A DNA stretch of 49,678 nt from Octopus bimaculoides (Eukaryota). The notes below the pieces were generated by a model, which saw nothing but the letters and a program-made list of their open reading frames with translations, was not told the DNA's origin and ran no database searches. The position numbers and the translations under genes were made by a program. Shown here in pieces: positions 23,702-35,155 of the stretch (positions within the stretch are counted from its first letter, which is position 1; each line of letters starts with the position of its first letter). Where the stretch lies: the NCBI RefSeq assembly GCF_001194135.2, contig NC_068993.1, positions 41,396,477 to 41,446,154 of the forward strand, written 5' to 3'.

Positions 23702-24720
23702 TATATATNNNNNNNNNNNNNNNNNNNNNNNNNNNNNNNNNNNNNNNNNNNNNNNNNNNNNNNNNNNNNNNNNNNNNNNNNNNNNNNNNNNNNNNNNNNN
23801 NNNNNNNNNNNNNNNNNNNNNNNNNNNNNNNNNNNNNNNNNNNNNNNNNNNNNNNNNNNNNNNNNNNNNNNNNNNNNNNNNNNNNNNNNNNNNNNNNNNN
23901 NNNNNNNNNNNNNNNNNNNNNNNNNNNNNNNNNNNNNNNNNNNNNNNNNNNNNNNNNNNNNNNNNNNNNNNNNNNNNNNNNNNNNNNNNNNNNNNNNNNN
24001 NNNNNNNNNNNNNNNNNNNNNNNNNNNNNNNNNNNNNNNNNNNNNNNNNNNNNNNNNNNNNNNNNNNNNNNNNNNNNNNNNNNNNNNNNNNNNNNNNNNN
24101 NNNNNNNNNNNNNNNNNNNNNNNNNNNNNNNNNNNNNNNNNNNNNNNNNNNNNNNNNNNNNNNNNNNNNNNNNNNNNNNNNNNNNNNNNNNNNNNNNNNN
24201 NNNNNNNNNNNNNNNNNNNNNNNNNNNNNNNNNNNNNNNNNNNNNNNNNNNNNNNNNNNNNNNNNNNNNNNNNNNNNNNNNNNNNNNNNNNNNNNNNNNN
24301 NNNNNNNNNNNNNNNNNNNNNNNNNNNNNNNNNNNNNNNNNNNNNNNNNNNNNNNNNNNNNNNNNNNNNNNNNNNNNNNNNNNNNNNNNNNNNNNNNNNN
24401 NNNNNNNNNNNNNNNNNNNNNNNNNNNNNNNNNNNNNNNNNNNNNNNNNNNNNNNNNNNNNNNNNNNNNNNNNNNNNNNNNNNNNNNNNNNNNNNNNNNN
24501 NNNNNNNNNNNNNNNNNNNNNNNNNNNNNNNNNNNNNNNNNNNNNNNNNNNNNNNNNNNNNNNNNNNNNNNNNNNNNNNNNNNNNNNNNNNNNNNNNNNN
24601 NNNNNNNNNNNNNNNNNNNNNNNNNNNNNNNNNNNNNNNNNNNNNNNNNNNNNNNNNNNNNNNNATGTATGTATGTATGTATGTATGTATGTATGTATGT
24701 ATGTATGTACGTATGTATGT
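23668..24720. other. Assembly gap 23709-24664 flanked by (AT)n and (ATGT)n
   Basis: N run. Confidence 0.99.
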
Positions 24721-25111
24721 AAGCATGTATCTATGTATGGCTAAAGCAAATATTGATGTTAATCCTACCGTTGCCTCCTCTTAATATCGAGGATTTTCAT
24801 CTTGAAGCAATTTTCTGAATTGTAAGGATCATTCCAGGTTTATGAATTCTTTTGGCTATGTTTTTTTTTTCCGTTTTGCTTTTAGTTTTTGATTTCTTAA
24901 TTCTTTCATTCTTTTATTCGTTTTCTTACTTGTGTCTTTTTGTATTATATTGTAGCTCCTATACAGAAAGAAAGCAATGGCGTATAAAAGTATTCACTAA
25001 AGGCTGTTACACTCAACAGCAAAATAAAAAGTTAAATCATGTTGTTATGTACATGGCATTTTACCTTGCAATATCTAATCTAGTTTCCTGTGAGACAGTA
25101 TAGATACATGT

Positions 25112-25123
25112 ATGTGTGTGTGT

Positions 25124-25213
<90 letters not shown>
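25112..25213. repeat. (TG)n microsatellite
   Basis: Direct reading. Confidence 0.97.
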
Positions 25214-25217
<4 letters not shown>

Positions 25218-25523
25218 ACTGGCACACCATCGGCTACGATGACGAGAGTTCTAGGTGATCCGATCGATGGAACAGCCTGCTCTTGAAATTAACGTGCAAG
25301 TGGCAGAGCATTCCACAGACGCGCATAACCTTAAAGAGGCTCACAAGGAGATTCAGCGTGACAAAAAATATGACAATGCTGGTCCTTTGAAATATAGGTA
25401 CCAATCAAATTTTACCGGGTGTGTGAACTGGAACAACGTGAAAGAAAGTGTCTTGCTCAAGAACACAGCATGCCGCTGGGTATCGAACTCACCATGTTAC
25501 GATCGTGAGCCGAGTACCCTGAC
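25214..25523 (-). mobile_element. SINE family C variant with an alternative 3' tail, cut by the gap
   Basis: Reverse complement reads gtcagggtactcggctcacgatcgtaacatggtgagttcgatacccagc...gtgttcttgagcaagacactttctttcacgttgttccag. Confidence 0.8.
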
Positions 25524-26057
25524 NNNNNNNNNNNNNNNNNNNNNNNNNNNNNNNNNNNNNNNNNNNNNNNNNNNNNNNNNNNNNNNNNNNNNNNNNNNNN
25601 NNNNNNNNNNNNNNNNNNNNNNNNNNNNNNNNNNNNNNNNNNNNNNNNNNNNNNNNNNNNNNNNNNNNNNNNNNNNNNNNNNNNNNNNNNNNNNNNNNNN
25701 NNNNNNNNNNNNNNNNNNNNNNNNNNNNNNNNNNNNNNNNNNNNNNNNNNNNNNNNNNNNNNNNNNNNNNNNNNNNNNNNNNNNNNNNNNNNNNNNNNNN
25801 NNNNNNNNNNNNNNNNNNNNNNNNNNNNNNNNNNNNNNNNNNNNNNNNNNNNNNNNNNNNNNNNNNNNNNNNNNNNNNNNNNNNNNNNNNNNNNNNNNNN
25901 NNNNNNNNNNNNNNNNNNNNNNNNNNNNNNNNNNNNNNNNNNNNNNNNNNNNNNNNNNNNNNNNNNNNNNNNNNNNNNNNNNNNNNNNNNNNNNNNNNNN
26001 NNNNNNNNNNNNNNNNNNNNNNNNNNNNNNNNNNNNNNNNNNNNNNNNNNNNNNNNN
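25524..26057. other. Assembly gap
   Basis: N run. Confidence 0.99.
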
Positions 26058-26089
26058 ATATATATATATATATAGGTTGTAAAGTTGTT

Positions 26090-26560
26090 GTTAAGCCTTA
26101 GTGGTGCTTGCTGTCTTATGATCAAGTTCATATCACTCATGTTCACTCCTCTGTTTTCCCCAAAATATAATATTCTCCGCACCACATTCCCCGATGTATC
26201 GTTTTCACAAGTTGATGGTGAAAAAGATTTGAGTTTTACTGCAGGCAGATCGTGTTAGGTTATGATTCGCAGGAAATTCTACTTCAGTTTTTTTACCAGC
26301 CATGTTATGAGACAAAAGCTCACCTCATTCTCGTGTGTACGATATATCCTATTGCCTATGGCCAAGCATGTGGACTTGTCTGTAGTCTTCGTAGGACATA
26401 TACTCTTAATGATGTGGGGTTATTATTTCTTCTCTTTGTTGTCCTTTCTATATTGCTGAAACTGGGCTTGAGTTGTCCCGGTAGATTTTGCTTCGTAGGC
26501 CTTACTGTAATGCCGAGTATCTGGCAATGAGTAATCCCTCTAGTTTTGTACGCATTACCA
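26090..26560 (-). mobile_element. Highly degenerate CR1-like LINE 3' end
   Basis: TVRP, NIERTTKRR, MSYED and FHHQLVK occur in the order expected for LVRP, LERVQRRAT, LSYEERL and FFSNRVV; it ends in a short (aac)n tail. Confidence 0.4.
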
Positions 26561-26634
26561 ATTGTTAAGGATGTGGGTTAGTGTCTAGTTTTCGTAGAGT
26601 ACCTATTGTGCGATGGATAAATAAATAGAATGAT

Positions 26635-26849
26635 AGAAAGACAGACAGCCAAACAAGCAGATAGGTAGACAGACCGACAGACAGACAGACAGGCAGGCAG
26701 GTAGGTAGGTAGGTAGGTAGGTAGGTAGGTAGTTTGATAGACAATGAGGAAGACAGAAGTGGGGAGAGAAAGAAAAGAGGAGAAAGAAGCGTGAGGAGAA
26801 AGAGATGAGTGTAATAGGTCGGAAGAAAGAGAGAGAGAGAGACAGACAG

Positions 26850-26902
<53 letters not shown>

Positions 26903-26925
26903 TAGAAAGAGATAGAGAGAGAGAT
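26635..26925. repeat. Compound (GACA)n/(GGCA)n/(GGTA)n/(GA)n repeat
   Basis: Direct reading. Confidence 0.92.
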
Positions 26926-27229
26926 ACAAGTAATGTATATATCTAACTATTAGTGAAGAGGGAAGTCTTTTGCATAAAGGTTTAGTAATTGGATCACAGA
27001 TGAGAAAAGAAAATGAGAAAGATGAATTGGATTGTTTATGTTTGTTGTAATTGTTTTTGCTGTTTAGCAATCTGCTGATTGAACATAAAATGAGCAAGTG
27101 TAATGAAACGTCTCCGTAGTCATTTTTCAGGAACAGGGGACCTTGGACTACATTATCCAGTGTACTTTATGTAATCGTTCAAATTAATAGAAATTTAATT
27201 AGTTCTACTACTCGTTTAATATTTCTATA

Positions 27230-27410
27230 TAATTTTCATTCAACTTAAAATTCGCTGGTCTCTCCCTTGCTTTTCCAATGTCACTGCTTATGCCGAAGAG
27301 CGTAGGCTCGAAACGTCAGACTTTTCCATTCTTCCCGAGCGTTAAACTAATACACCAGCTTGTTGTTCGCTCACCTACCTTCGTCTTTTATTTCATGTAA
27401 ATTTGAACTT
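27230..27410 (+). mobile_element. Probable Penelope-like element terminal repeat fragment
   Basis: Contains ccgaagagcgtaggctcgaaacgtc, the gaag...cgaaacg signature typical of PLE termini. A second copy lies at 49112-49224 (-). Confidence 0.55.
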
Positions 27411-27447
27411 TACATACACACACGCACACACACACACACATATATTT

Positions 27448-27605
27448 GACGGGCTTCTTTCAGTTTCCGTCTACCAAATCCACTCACAAGGGTTTGGTCG
27501 GGCTGAAGCTATAGTAGAAGACACTTACGCAAGGTACCCAAGTGGGACTGAACCTGAAACCATATGGTTGAGAAGCGAGCTTTTTACCACGTAGCCACGC
27601 CTGCA
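27448..27605 (-). mobile_element. SINE family A head
   Basis: gacgggcttctttcagtttccgtctaccaaatccactcacaagggtttggtcggg...agtgggactgaacc. Confidence 0.9.
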
Positions 27606-27606
27606 C

Positions 27607-27708
<102 letters not shown>

Positions 27709-27746
27709 TAGTTGTTGAATCCAGGTAGAATAAGAAGATTACTTAC

Positions 27747-27837
27747 GTCTTCTAAAATAAGTTACTCGTGAAGTAATTCTGTTTTCATCGGTGGTGACGT
27801 TGTTAGTTCCATCTGTGGTGGTGTTAGTTTCAGCCAT
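27747..27837 (-). CDS. Candidate first or internal coding exon of an unidentified host gene: MAETNTTTDGTNNVTTDENRITSRVTYFRR (phase 1)
   Basis: ATG in attATGG context at 27837; 30 open codons plus 1 nt, then a perfect GTAAGT donor (27746-27741). Candidate acceptors precede 27884 and 27899 and the upstream frame is also open. The sequence is unique and not TE-like. Confidence 0.45.
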
Positions 27838-28066
27838 AATCGTGTTAGCGAGATACCATGTGGTGTAGATGTATATTTTAAAATCTGTGCACGATAGCAC
27901 TACGATGACGAGTAAAAAACGTTTCTCTTATTAATCATTGGGGAAATAAACCAGTTACCGATTTAGGCTGGAGAAGTCGGCATATTTCTAGAGGAAGGCG
28001 TCCAAAACGGACTATTTAAATAGTTCTCTACACTTGCATATCCGATGTTGACGGTGTCATTATGTA

Positions 28067-28100
<34 letters not shown>

Positions 28101-28244
28101 CATGTATATATGTTGGTACGAATGTATGTGAGTGTATGTCTGTATATGTGATATGTGTGTGCGCGTGTGTGTGTGTGTGTGTGTGCGTGTGTCGTGTGTT
28201 TGTGTGTGTACTATATACATAGAACTATGAAAAGGATGAAAGAT

Positions 28245-28380
28245 CCTTCTCGGGCCATGGGCTCATAAGGCCGATTTCCAGGATTCTGGTGGCATATGTA
28301 TTCTCGGGGTGTGACACTGGTCTGTCGCAGAATTACTCATTTTTGTCAGCTGAGTGGACTGGGGCAACGGGAAATGAATT
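28245..28380 (-). mobile_element. SINE family C 3' part
   Basis: ccttctcgggccatgggctcataagg...actcatttttgtcagctgagtggact is the reverse complement of the 14620-14745 region. Confidence 0.75.
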
Positions 28381-29155
28381 CAGAAAACTTCTTTCGTAGA
28401 CGTGTATAAAATAATCACTATATAATGATCATCGATATAAATATTGGTTGGTTGATTGGTTGGTTAGTTGATAGGTTAGTTTATTGGTTTAATCTTTTCC
28501 ACTTACGCTTTACACTGAATAGAAACAATGATGAAGGAGAGTAAAGGGGAAATATAGAAAGTGTTACCATAAGCGACGTAGGATGAGTGAAGAGAAAAAA
28601 CCGTAGATGCTGGGAAGGAAAGGAGTGTTATACAAATGAGAAATTTGTTTTATTTATTTTATGCTAATAAATGTTATTTTCTAAAATGTTAGTATTAATT
28701 CCATCAGTTTGTCTAAGCACAGGTAAATTTCATACAAGTTAAGTTATAATTATTGTCTGTATGACATGTTTCCTGATATCAGCCATAGCGGTAGACGTAC
28801 AGCGCGAAAATTACCTTATGTGATGGGTAATATTTTAGTATATATTATGTCCTTACTTATCACACAGGGTGTAGTGCTATGATATGTTATTAGATATTGC
28901 ATGATGTATTACTAAACAATATATTATATTTAAGTAATGGACAAGTTAATGTGTAATACTTAAATATTAAGTCCCTGTATGTAATTACGCAGAACTGTAA
29001 TACCAGCATGACAGTTTTAAGCGCTCTACCATAAAAATTGAATGTATCGAGTTACATATTGCAGCGACACAAATAATGTGGATAGGCAAAGAAGAGGCCT
29101 GTAATTGCAGGCTCGAAATAACAGCCAAATCTTCCTTATGTCAAACTCTTGAATA

Positions 29156-29860
29156 AGGCGCAAGAGTGACTGTGTGGTAAGTAGCTTGCTTACCAACCAC
29201 ATGGTTCCGGTTTCAGTCCCACTGCGTGGGATCTTGGGCAAGTGTCGTCTGCTGTAGCCACGGGCCGACCAAAGCCTTGTGAGTGGACTTGGTAGACGGA
29301 AACTGAAAGAAGCCCGTCATATATATATATATATATATGTTTGTGGGTCTGTCTCCCCAACATCACTTGACAACCGATGTTGGTGTGTTTACGTTCCCCG
29401 TAACTTAGCAGTTCGGTAAAAGAGACCGATAGAATAAGTACTAGGCTTACAAAGAATAGGTCCTGGGGTCGATTTGCTCGACTAAAGGTGGTGCTCCAGC
29501 ATNNNNNNNNNNCAATAATGTAGTCTTAGATATTCTGAAAACAAAGAAGAAAGAAAAACAAGATGTTCACGGTAGGAATGTCTTCAGTCGTAGGTCTGCA
29601 CGACTGGGTTTGACTTGGAGGAGGATGATGACTATAACAACGTCGACGACAACGACGATGAGAGCAGCAACACCAACAGCCGCAAGAACAACAACAGCAG
29701 CAGCAGCAACTACAACAACAACAACAGCAACTTCATGGACAACACCACAGTAGTAACAGCANNNNNNNNNNTACAAAGAATAGGTCCTGGGGTCGATTTG
29801 CTCGACTAAAGGCGGTGCTCCGGTATGGCCGCAGTCATATGACTGAAACAAATAAAAGAA
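29156..29860 (+). mobile_element. SINE family A (head, internal (TA)n, tail); tail present twice across two 10-N gaps
   Basis: ggcgcaagagtgactgtgtggtaag...gaagcccgtc(AT)n...cttgacaaccgatg...ggggtcgatttgctcgactaaagg. Confidence 0.9.
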
Positions 29861-30310
29861 TAAGGAAATGAGGCATTCAATAATGTAGTCTTAGATATTC
29901 TGAAAACAAAGAAGAAAGAAAAACAAGATGTTCACGGTAGGAATGTCTTCAGTCGTAGGTCTGCACGACTGGGTTTGACTTGGAGGAGGATGATGACTAT
30001 AACAACGTCGACGACAACGACGATGAGAGCAGCAACACCAACAGCCGCAAGAACAACAACAACAGCAGCAGCAACTACAACAACAACAACAACAGCAACT
30101 TCATGGACAACACCACAGTAGTAACAGCAACAGCAATATCGATGACAGCTGCACAGCAGCACCAGCAAGTGTAACAACGGCGGCAATGATGACGACAACA
30201 TCAACTACAGCAACAACAGCAAAAGCAACACCATCGTCGTCAACAACAACGTTGCCGCTGCTGCCGACGACGACGGCGACGACGGCGACAACAACAACAA
30301 TAACAGTTAC
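29610..30310. repeat. CAA/CAG/GAC low-complexity tract, partly duplicated
   Basis: Direct reading. Confidence 0.85.
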
Positions 30311-31079
30311 AAGAACTGATATGCCACACTGTTATATTATCACAGCTTGAAAGTAATGATAACATATTTCACCACACATGGTGTTGTATTCTATTTCATC
30401 TGTTATTAAATATACACAGTGCAAATATATTTCCTTTCTACGCACAGATAAGATCTCACAATGCTATAGATAACTTGGCACATGCTAATTTATATACCGT
30501 GTAAGATACTATCATATGAGAACGGAGTTGTTCCTACAGAATATACAGAATATAGTACAGAATATAGTCAGGAATTCTCTAGACTAGTGTGGCATTGCGT
30601 CTTCCGATGTGTAGGTTTTAAGCATCGGAAATTACGATCCTGGAACAAAAAGCAAATGATTTTGTTGTTTTGTTTCTTTGGTTGGTGGGACATCTCCTTC
30701 CCGCATATTCTCGAAATTCTTCATTTTTGATAATCTTTTGAATAACTTTTATTTTTTAGAGTTGTTTTTAAACCACTGAGATTATTATTCGTTAAAAATA
30801 TGCGAAACTTTTTAAAACAAATTTTAAATAATTTTCGCGAGAAAAAAGTTAAAACTGAACTATGAAAAACAGGCGGGAGAGCAAAACTCCCATATCTTTC
30901 CCCTTTTGCCTTTTATTCGCAGAATCCTAATCTACAATAATTAAAACATAGACATCTGAAGAAATTTCGGTTCTTGACGCATTACATTATTCTCTACATT
31001 ATCCTTATTTTACATGAAGGTTGGTGATCAGTAATATCATTCTTAATAAGCAGAGACATCGATTAGCCCCACAAGGTAT

Positions 31080-31565
31080 TAGAGACGTATTGCCAGAGTT
31101 CAAGAAGATCTGTTCGGCAGAAATTCTGTTCAAGTTAATCTACGAGTGATTCGTGGGATGAGAATTCCAAAATCAAGCGTCTATCGCATTTTGAAGCCCT
31201 GTCATAAGAAAAGTAACGTTCTAAGAATAATCCTTGTCTTCAGTGAAGATGATTCCAACCGAAGAGTGGAGTTTTGCAAATGGAACTTAGTAAGATATGC
31301 AGGAGATATCGCACTTCCGTCAAAGACTGTTTGAAGTGATGAGACTACGTGTAAATGAAATGGCTCGATTAACTTACATTAGGCTTTTTAAGGACGTACT
31401 TAAAGGACATAGTTTACAGTACAAAACCGGCAACAATCGACGAATTGAGGACAGTCATTTAACGCAAATGCGCAAAAATACCGAACGAATTGTTTCTTGA
31501 TTTTCACAATTTCATTGGTTCGCTTTATCAGCAGTGTTTGGTGCAGAACGGCCATCAGTTTGAAA
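31080..31565 (+). mobile_element. Internally deleted Tc1/mariner (rosa-like) transposase remnant
   Basis: IPKSSVYRILK, FSEDDSNRRVEFCKW, TV*SDETT (WSDEA) and C-terminal QQCLVQNGHQFE. Confidence 0.7.
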
Positions 31566-31699
31566 AGAGGCGTTCATAGAAAATTGAATTATGTCTGTAG
31601 ATTCTATTAAATTTTGAAATTGAAATGTAGTTTAATAAACATTGACTTTACAATCATTCAATGTGTGAATGCATTTTGTTGTGACATCCTGTATGTGTT

Positions 31700-31770
31700 A
31701 TGTGTGTGCGTGTTTGTGTGTGTGTCTGTGGTTGAGAGAGAGAGAGGGAGACAGAGAGACAGAGAGACAG

Positions 31771-31813
<43 letters not shown>

Positions 31814-31815
31814 GA
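31700..31815. repeat. Compound (TG)/(GA)/(GACA) repeat
   Basis: Direct reading. Confidence 0.9.
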
Positions 31816-32324
31816 GTAATACAAGGAATGTGTTTACATTCTTATATAATTCCTTATCACGTCTGTCTTTCTAATATTTAAATTTATTTTAGTACATCTG
31901 ATTCAAACTGCGTTATGCATAACACAAACACACAAGTACGCGCGCACACAAATACACACACGCACATACACACTCACCACATCCGTACTCACTCACATAT
32001 ATACACACACATGCACACCACATACCGACACAACGCCCACAAATACACAGCTACATACACACGCACACAGTCTGTTTTTAGTTATATGGTGGACTTAACG
32101 ATCGAGAGACATGAGTCCTGAACATAAAGACAACCTATCATTTGTGTGCAGATACAAACTACAGACATGTCTATCGACAATCTGTCATCTTGCTGACACA
32201 ATCAACAAAGAAATATCCATATTATATAATACCATAGTATGTAATACAAGAGTGTGCACCAATTAACAACTCATTTCATGTAAAACTACACTTTATAGCC
32301 CCAGGCTTCACTGTATAGTAACAA

Positions 32325-32460
32325 GGTTCGCTTCGCAGCCAAGTACTTCCGTCTTCGGTCCCACTACATAGTCATCTTTTATTGTATTTCTTGGTTGGAC
32401 CAATTTCATCTCAGTGAAATTTTCTAGACAGAGACTGTAGAGAAGCTGATCATGTAAGTA
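32325..32460 (+). mobile_element. Old SINE-A-like head
   Basis: ttcggtcccactacatag...ggttggaccaa...tagacagagactgtagagaagc. Confidence 0.45.
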
Positions 32461-32499
32461 TCTATCTATGGACGTATGAATGCGTGTTCTCTTTCTCTT

Positions 32500-32910
32500 T
32501 TTAATTTAGGATAAATTTTGACCAGCCATCTCCTTCAAACCCACACAACCTTTCTTCCAGCCTTCTCAGGTGTTATAATGTTTTTGGTGGTACAATAATC
32601 CTGCAAGAACATATCGAGGCATAATTGTATATAATGTTCTGGAAGGCTGTTGGTGGTGGTGGAGGTGGTGGGGAATAATTTTTAGCAAGGGTGGTTTGAC
32701 GATTTTGGGGGATGAAGACAGTAGTTACAGTTGATAACCATTGGGGCAGTTCTTGTGTGTCGATATTTTTTCCATGCATCTGTATGTGATCTCACCGATA
32801 AAAGGTGAAATTCTTCAAACAATAATCTGTTATGAGGTCTGGGCTTGGGCATTTCCTGTTTCACATTCTCTGTAGAACTGTTTCCAGTATTTCGCCATTT
32901 ATTTCATATT
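32500..32910 (-). mobile_element. R4/Dong-like RT N-terminal fragment
   Basis: NRKCPSPDLITDYCLKNF, ELPQWLSTVTTVFIPQNRQTTLAKNYSP..QNIIY and NIITPEKAG resemble NWKAPGPD..YWLK, PEWL..G.T.LIPK...KNYRPI and IT.EQAG. Confidence 0.8.
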
Positions 32911-33019
32911 GCTTTTGCTCGACACGCTGGTAGTAGTGCTGCTCATTATTAAGAACCTAAGACCATTATAAACATGGCTACCGAATAAGTGTCACATATT
33001 TTTACAGGTATATATGTAT

Positions 33020-33020
33020 G

Positions 33021-33059
<39 letters not shown>

Positions 33060-33465
33060 NNNNNNNNNNNNNNNNNNNNNNNNNNNNNNNNNNNNNNNNN
33101 NNNNNNNNNNNNNNNNNNNNNNNNNNNNNNNNNNNNNNNNNNNNNNNNNNNNNNNNNNNNNNNNNNNNNNNNNNNNNNNNNNNNNNNNNNNNNNNNNNNN
33201 NNNNNNNNNNNNNNNNNNNNNNNNNNNNNNNNNNNNNNNNNNNNNNNNNNNNNNNNNNNNNNNNNNNNNNNNNNNNNNNNNNNNNNNNNNNNNNNNNNNN
33301 NNNNNNNNNNNNNNNNNNNNNNNNNNNNNNNNNNNNNNNNNNNNNNNNNNNNNNNNNNNNNNNNNNNNNNNNNNNNNNNNNNNNNNNNNNNNNNNNNNNN
33401 NNNNNNNNNNNNNNNNNNNNNNNNNNNNNNNNNNNNNNNNNNNNNNNNNNNNNNNNNNNNNNNNN

Positions 33466-33528
<63 letters not shown>
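33020..33528. other. Assembly gap 33060-33465 flanked by (AT)n and (GT)n
   Basis: N run. Confidence 0.99.
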
Positions 33529-33535
<7 letters not shown>

Positions 33536-33979
33536 TTTATCGAAACGGAGGCGTATGTTTGGTATTTATGAGACAATCATCAAGAAGTGAAATTTCGACT
33601 ACAAGAGAAATCTGTATCGATCTGTTCAGGTCTTGCGACTCCCTACCATTACTAAAATACATCATTTTTTATGCTTGGCACGTGTCACACGATGCACCAA
33701 CTCATGTTGTACAATTACAAGAGAGAGAGAAAGAGAGAGAGACAGACAGACAGGCAGAAAGAGGGAAAGGAGGCATTGCACACAAGCTTATTCCACTTAA
33801 ATTCAAATTCTTTATACGGGTTGTTCACGAACAACACACATCGTCTTCAATACATTTTATTTTGTTTTATTGTATTTATTATTTTTTTACTGAGCATTCA
33901 TGTATCATTCTCAAGGGAAGAGTCAATTACATACATGCTTGTATATGTGTCTATGAGCGATGGGGGGAAGAAGCGAGGG

Positions 33980-34063
33980 TGTTTCTATATACGTGTGTAA
34001 ATTGCATGCGTGAATGTATGTCTTTGTGTATGGAAACATGGAAACATTTAGGCATATATATAT

Positions 34064-34116
<53 letters not shown>

Positions 34117-34538
34117 CATATGTGTGCATGTGCGTGTGTGCGTATATAGATATGTATACTCGCGCACGCACACATATATTACACAAGCATAAACATACAC
34201 ACGCGTGTATAATTAGATGTGATGTGCTAGATTTTATAGTTCTACAACAAAACTCTACCTATACAAACAGAGAAACAGAAGTGTGGGTGTGTATGCATAA
34301 GTCTGTGATGCATGTGTATATGCGTGTTTGAATGCATATGTATATGCATGTGTGTATATCTATACGTGTGTGTGTGTCTCACACATATTCTACGTATAGA
34401 TACGCATATCTATGTATGCGTCCGTGTGTGTGTGTTTGTTGTGTATGTGTATGCGTGTGTGTGTGTGTGCGTGAGTGTATTACACACATATGTAGCCGAG
34501 CGTGATGTGTAAGCCTTTTTAGTTCCATAACAACCCGC

Positions 34539-34593
<55 letters not shown>

Positions 34594-34710
34594 TACACTC
34601 ACAATACCTATACCACATGCACACACAAATTCGTATAGCGCACGCACACACGCATATACACAGAAGTGTGTGTGTGCGTATGTGTGTGTGAGCGTGTGTG
34701 TGTGTGTGTA
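33980..34710. repeat. Extended cryptic (TG)/(CA)/(TA) simple-repeat field
   Basis: Direct reading. Confidence 0.85.
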
Positions 34711-35095
34711 TTAGCAGTTAAAGAAAATACGTCACAGCCTAATAATATGCAAAAAGCGTAAAAAAGAAGAAGACAAATAATATAGCTGAATATTTTTATG
34801 ATTATGTTTCTTGCAGTTTATCTTGTGACAACATAAAAGTAAATATTTAGAGACAGATGGCTTTTTTTGAAAAAGCATAAAGCGAAAAATACAAATAACC
34901 AAATAAAAACATACGAATAAATAAATAAAATAAATAAAACTAAAATAGAATGGAACAAAAAAAATAAAGTAAAAAGACAGAACGAATTTATTGTTTATTT
35001 ATTTCTTAATTAATTTGTTTGTTTATCTTTTGACAAGAGCAAACATTAAAAATTATATATATTCTTATTAAACAAGCCAATAACAATAATAACAC

Positions 35096-35096
<1 letters not shown>

Positions 35097-35153
<57 letters not shown>
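35097..35153. repeat. (AAT)n microsatellite
   Basis: Direct reading. Confidence 0.97.

Positions 35154-35155
<2 letters not shown>

Noticed and set aside
25255-25523. ORF MIRSMEQPALEINVQ...
   Set aside because: It is the antisense reading of a SINE-C copy, extended into a gap.
21894-26185. Long ORFs (220-444 aa) in the ORF track, and likewise those at 32989-34149
   Set aside because: They run through N gaps and dinucleotide repeats (poly-X, YIYI, CVCV, SLSL).
29567-30204. Asn/Asp-rich and Val/Ala-rich ORFs
   Set aside because: They are translations of CAA/CAG/GAC repeats, open on both strands for compositional reasons, and duplicated by a probable assembly artefact.
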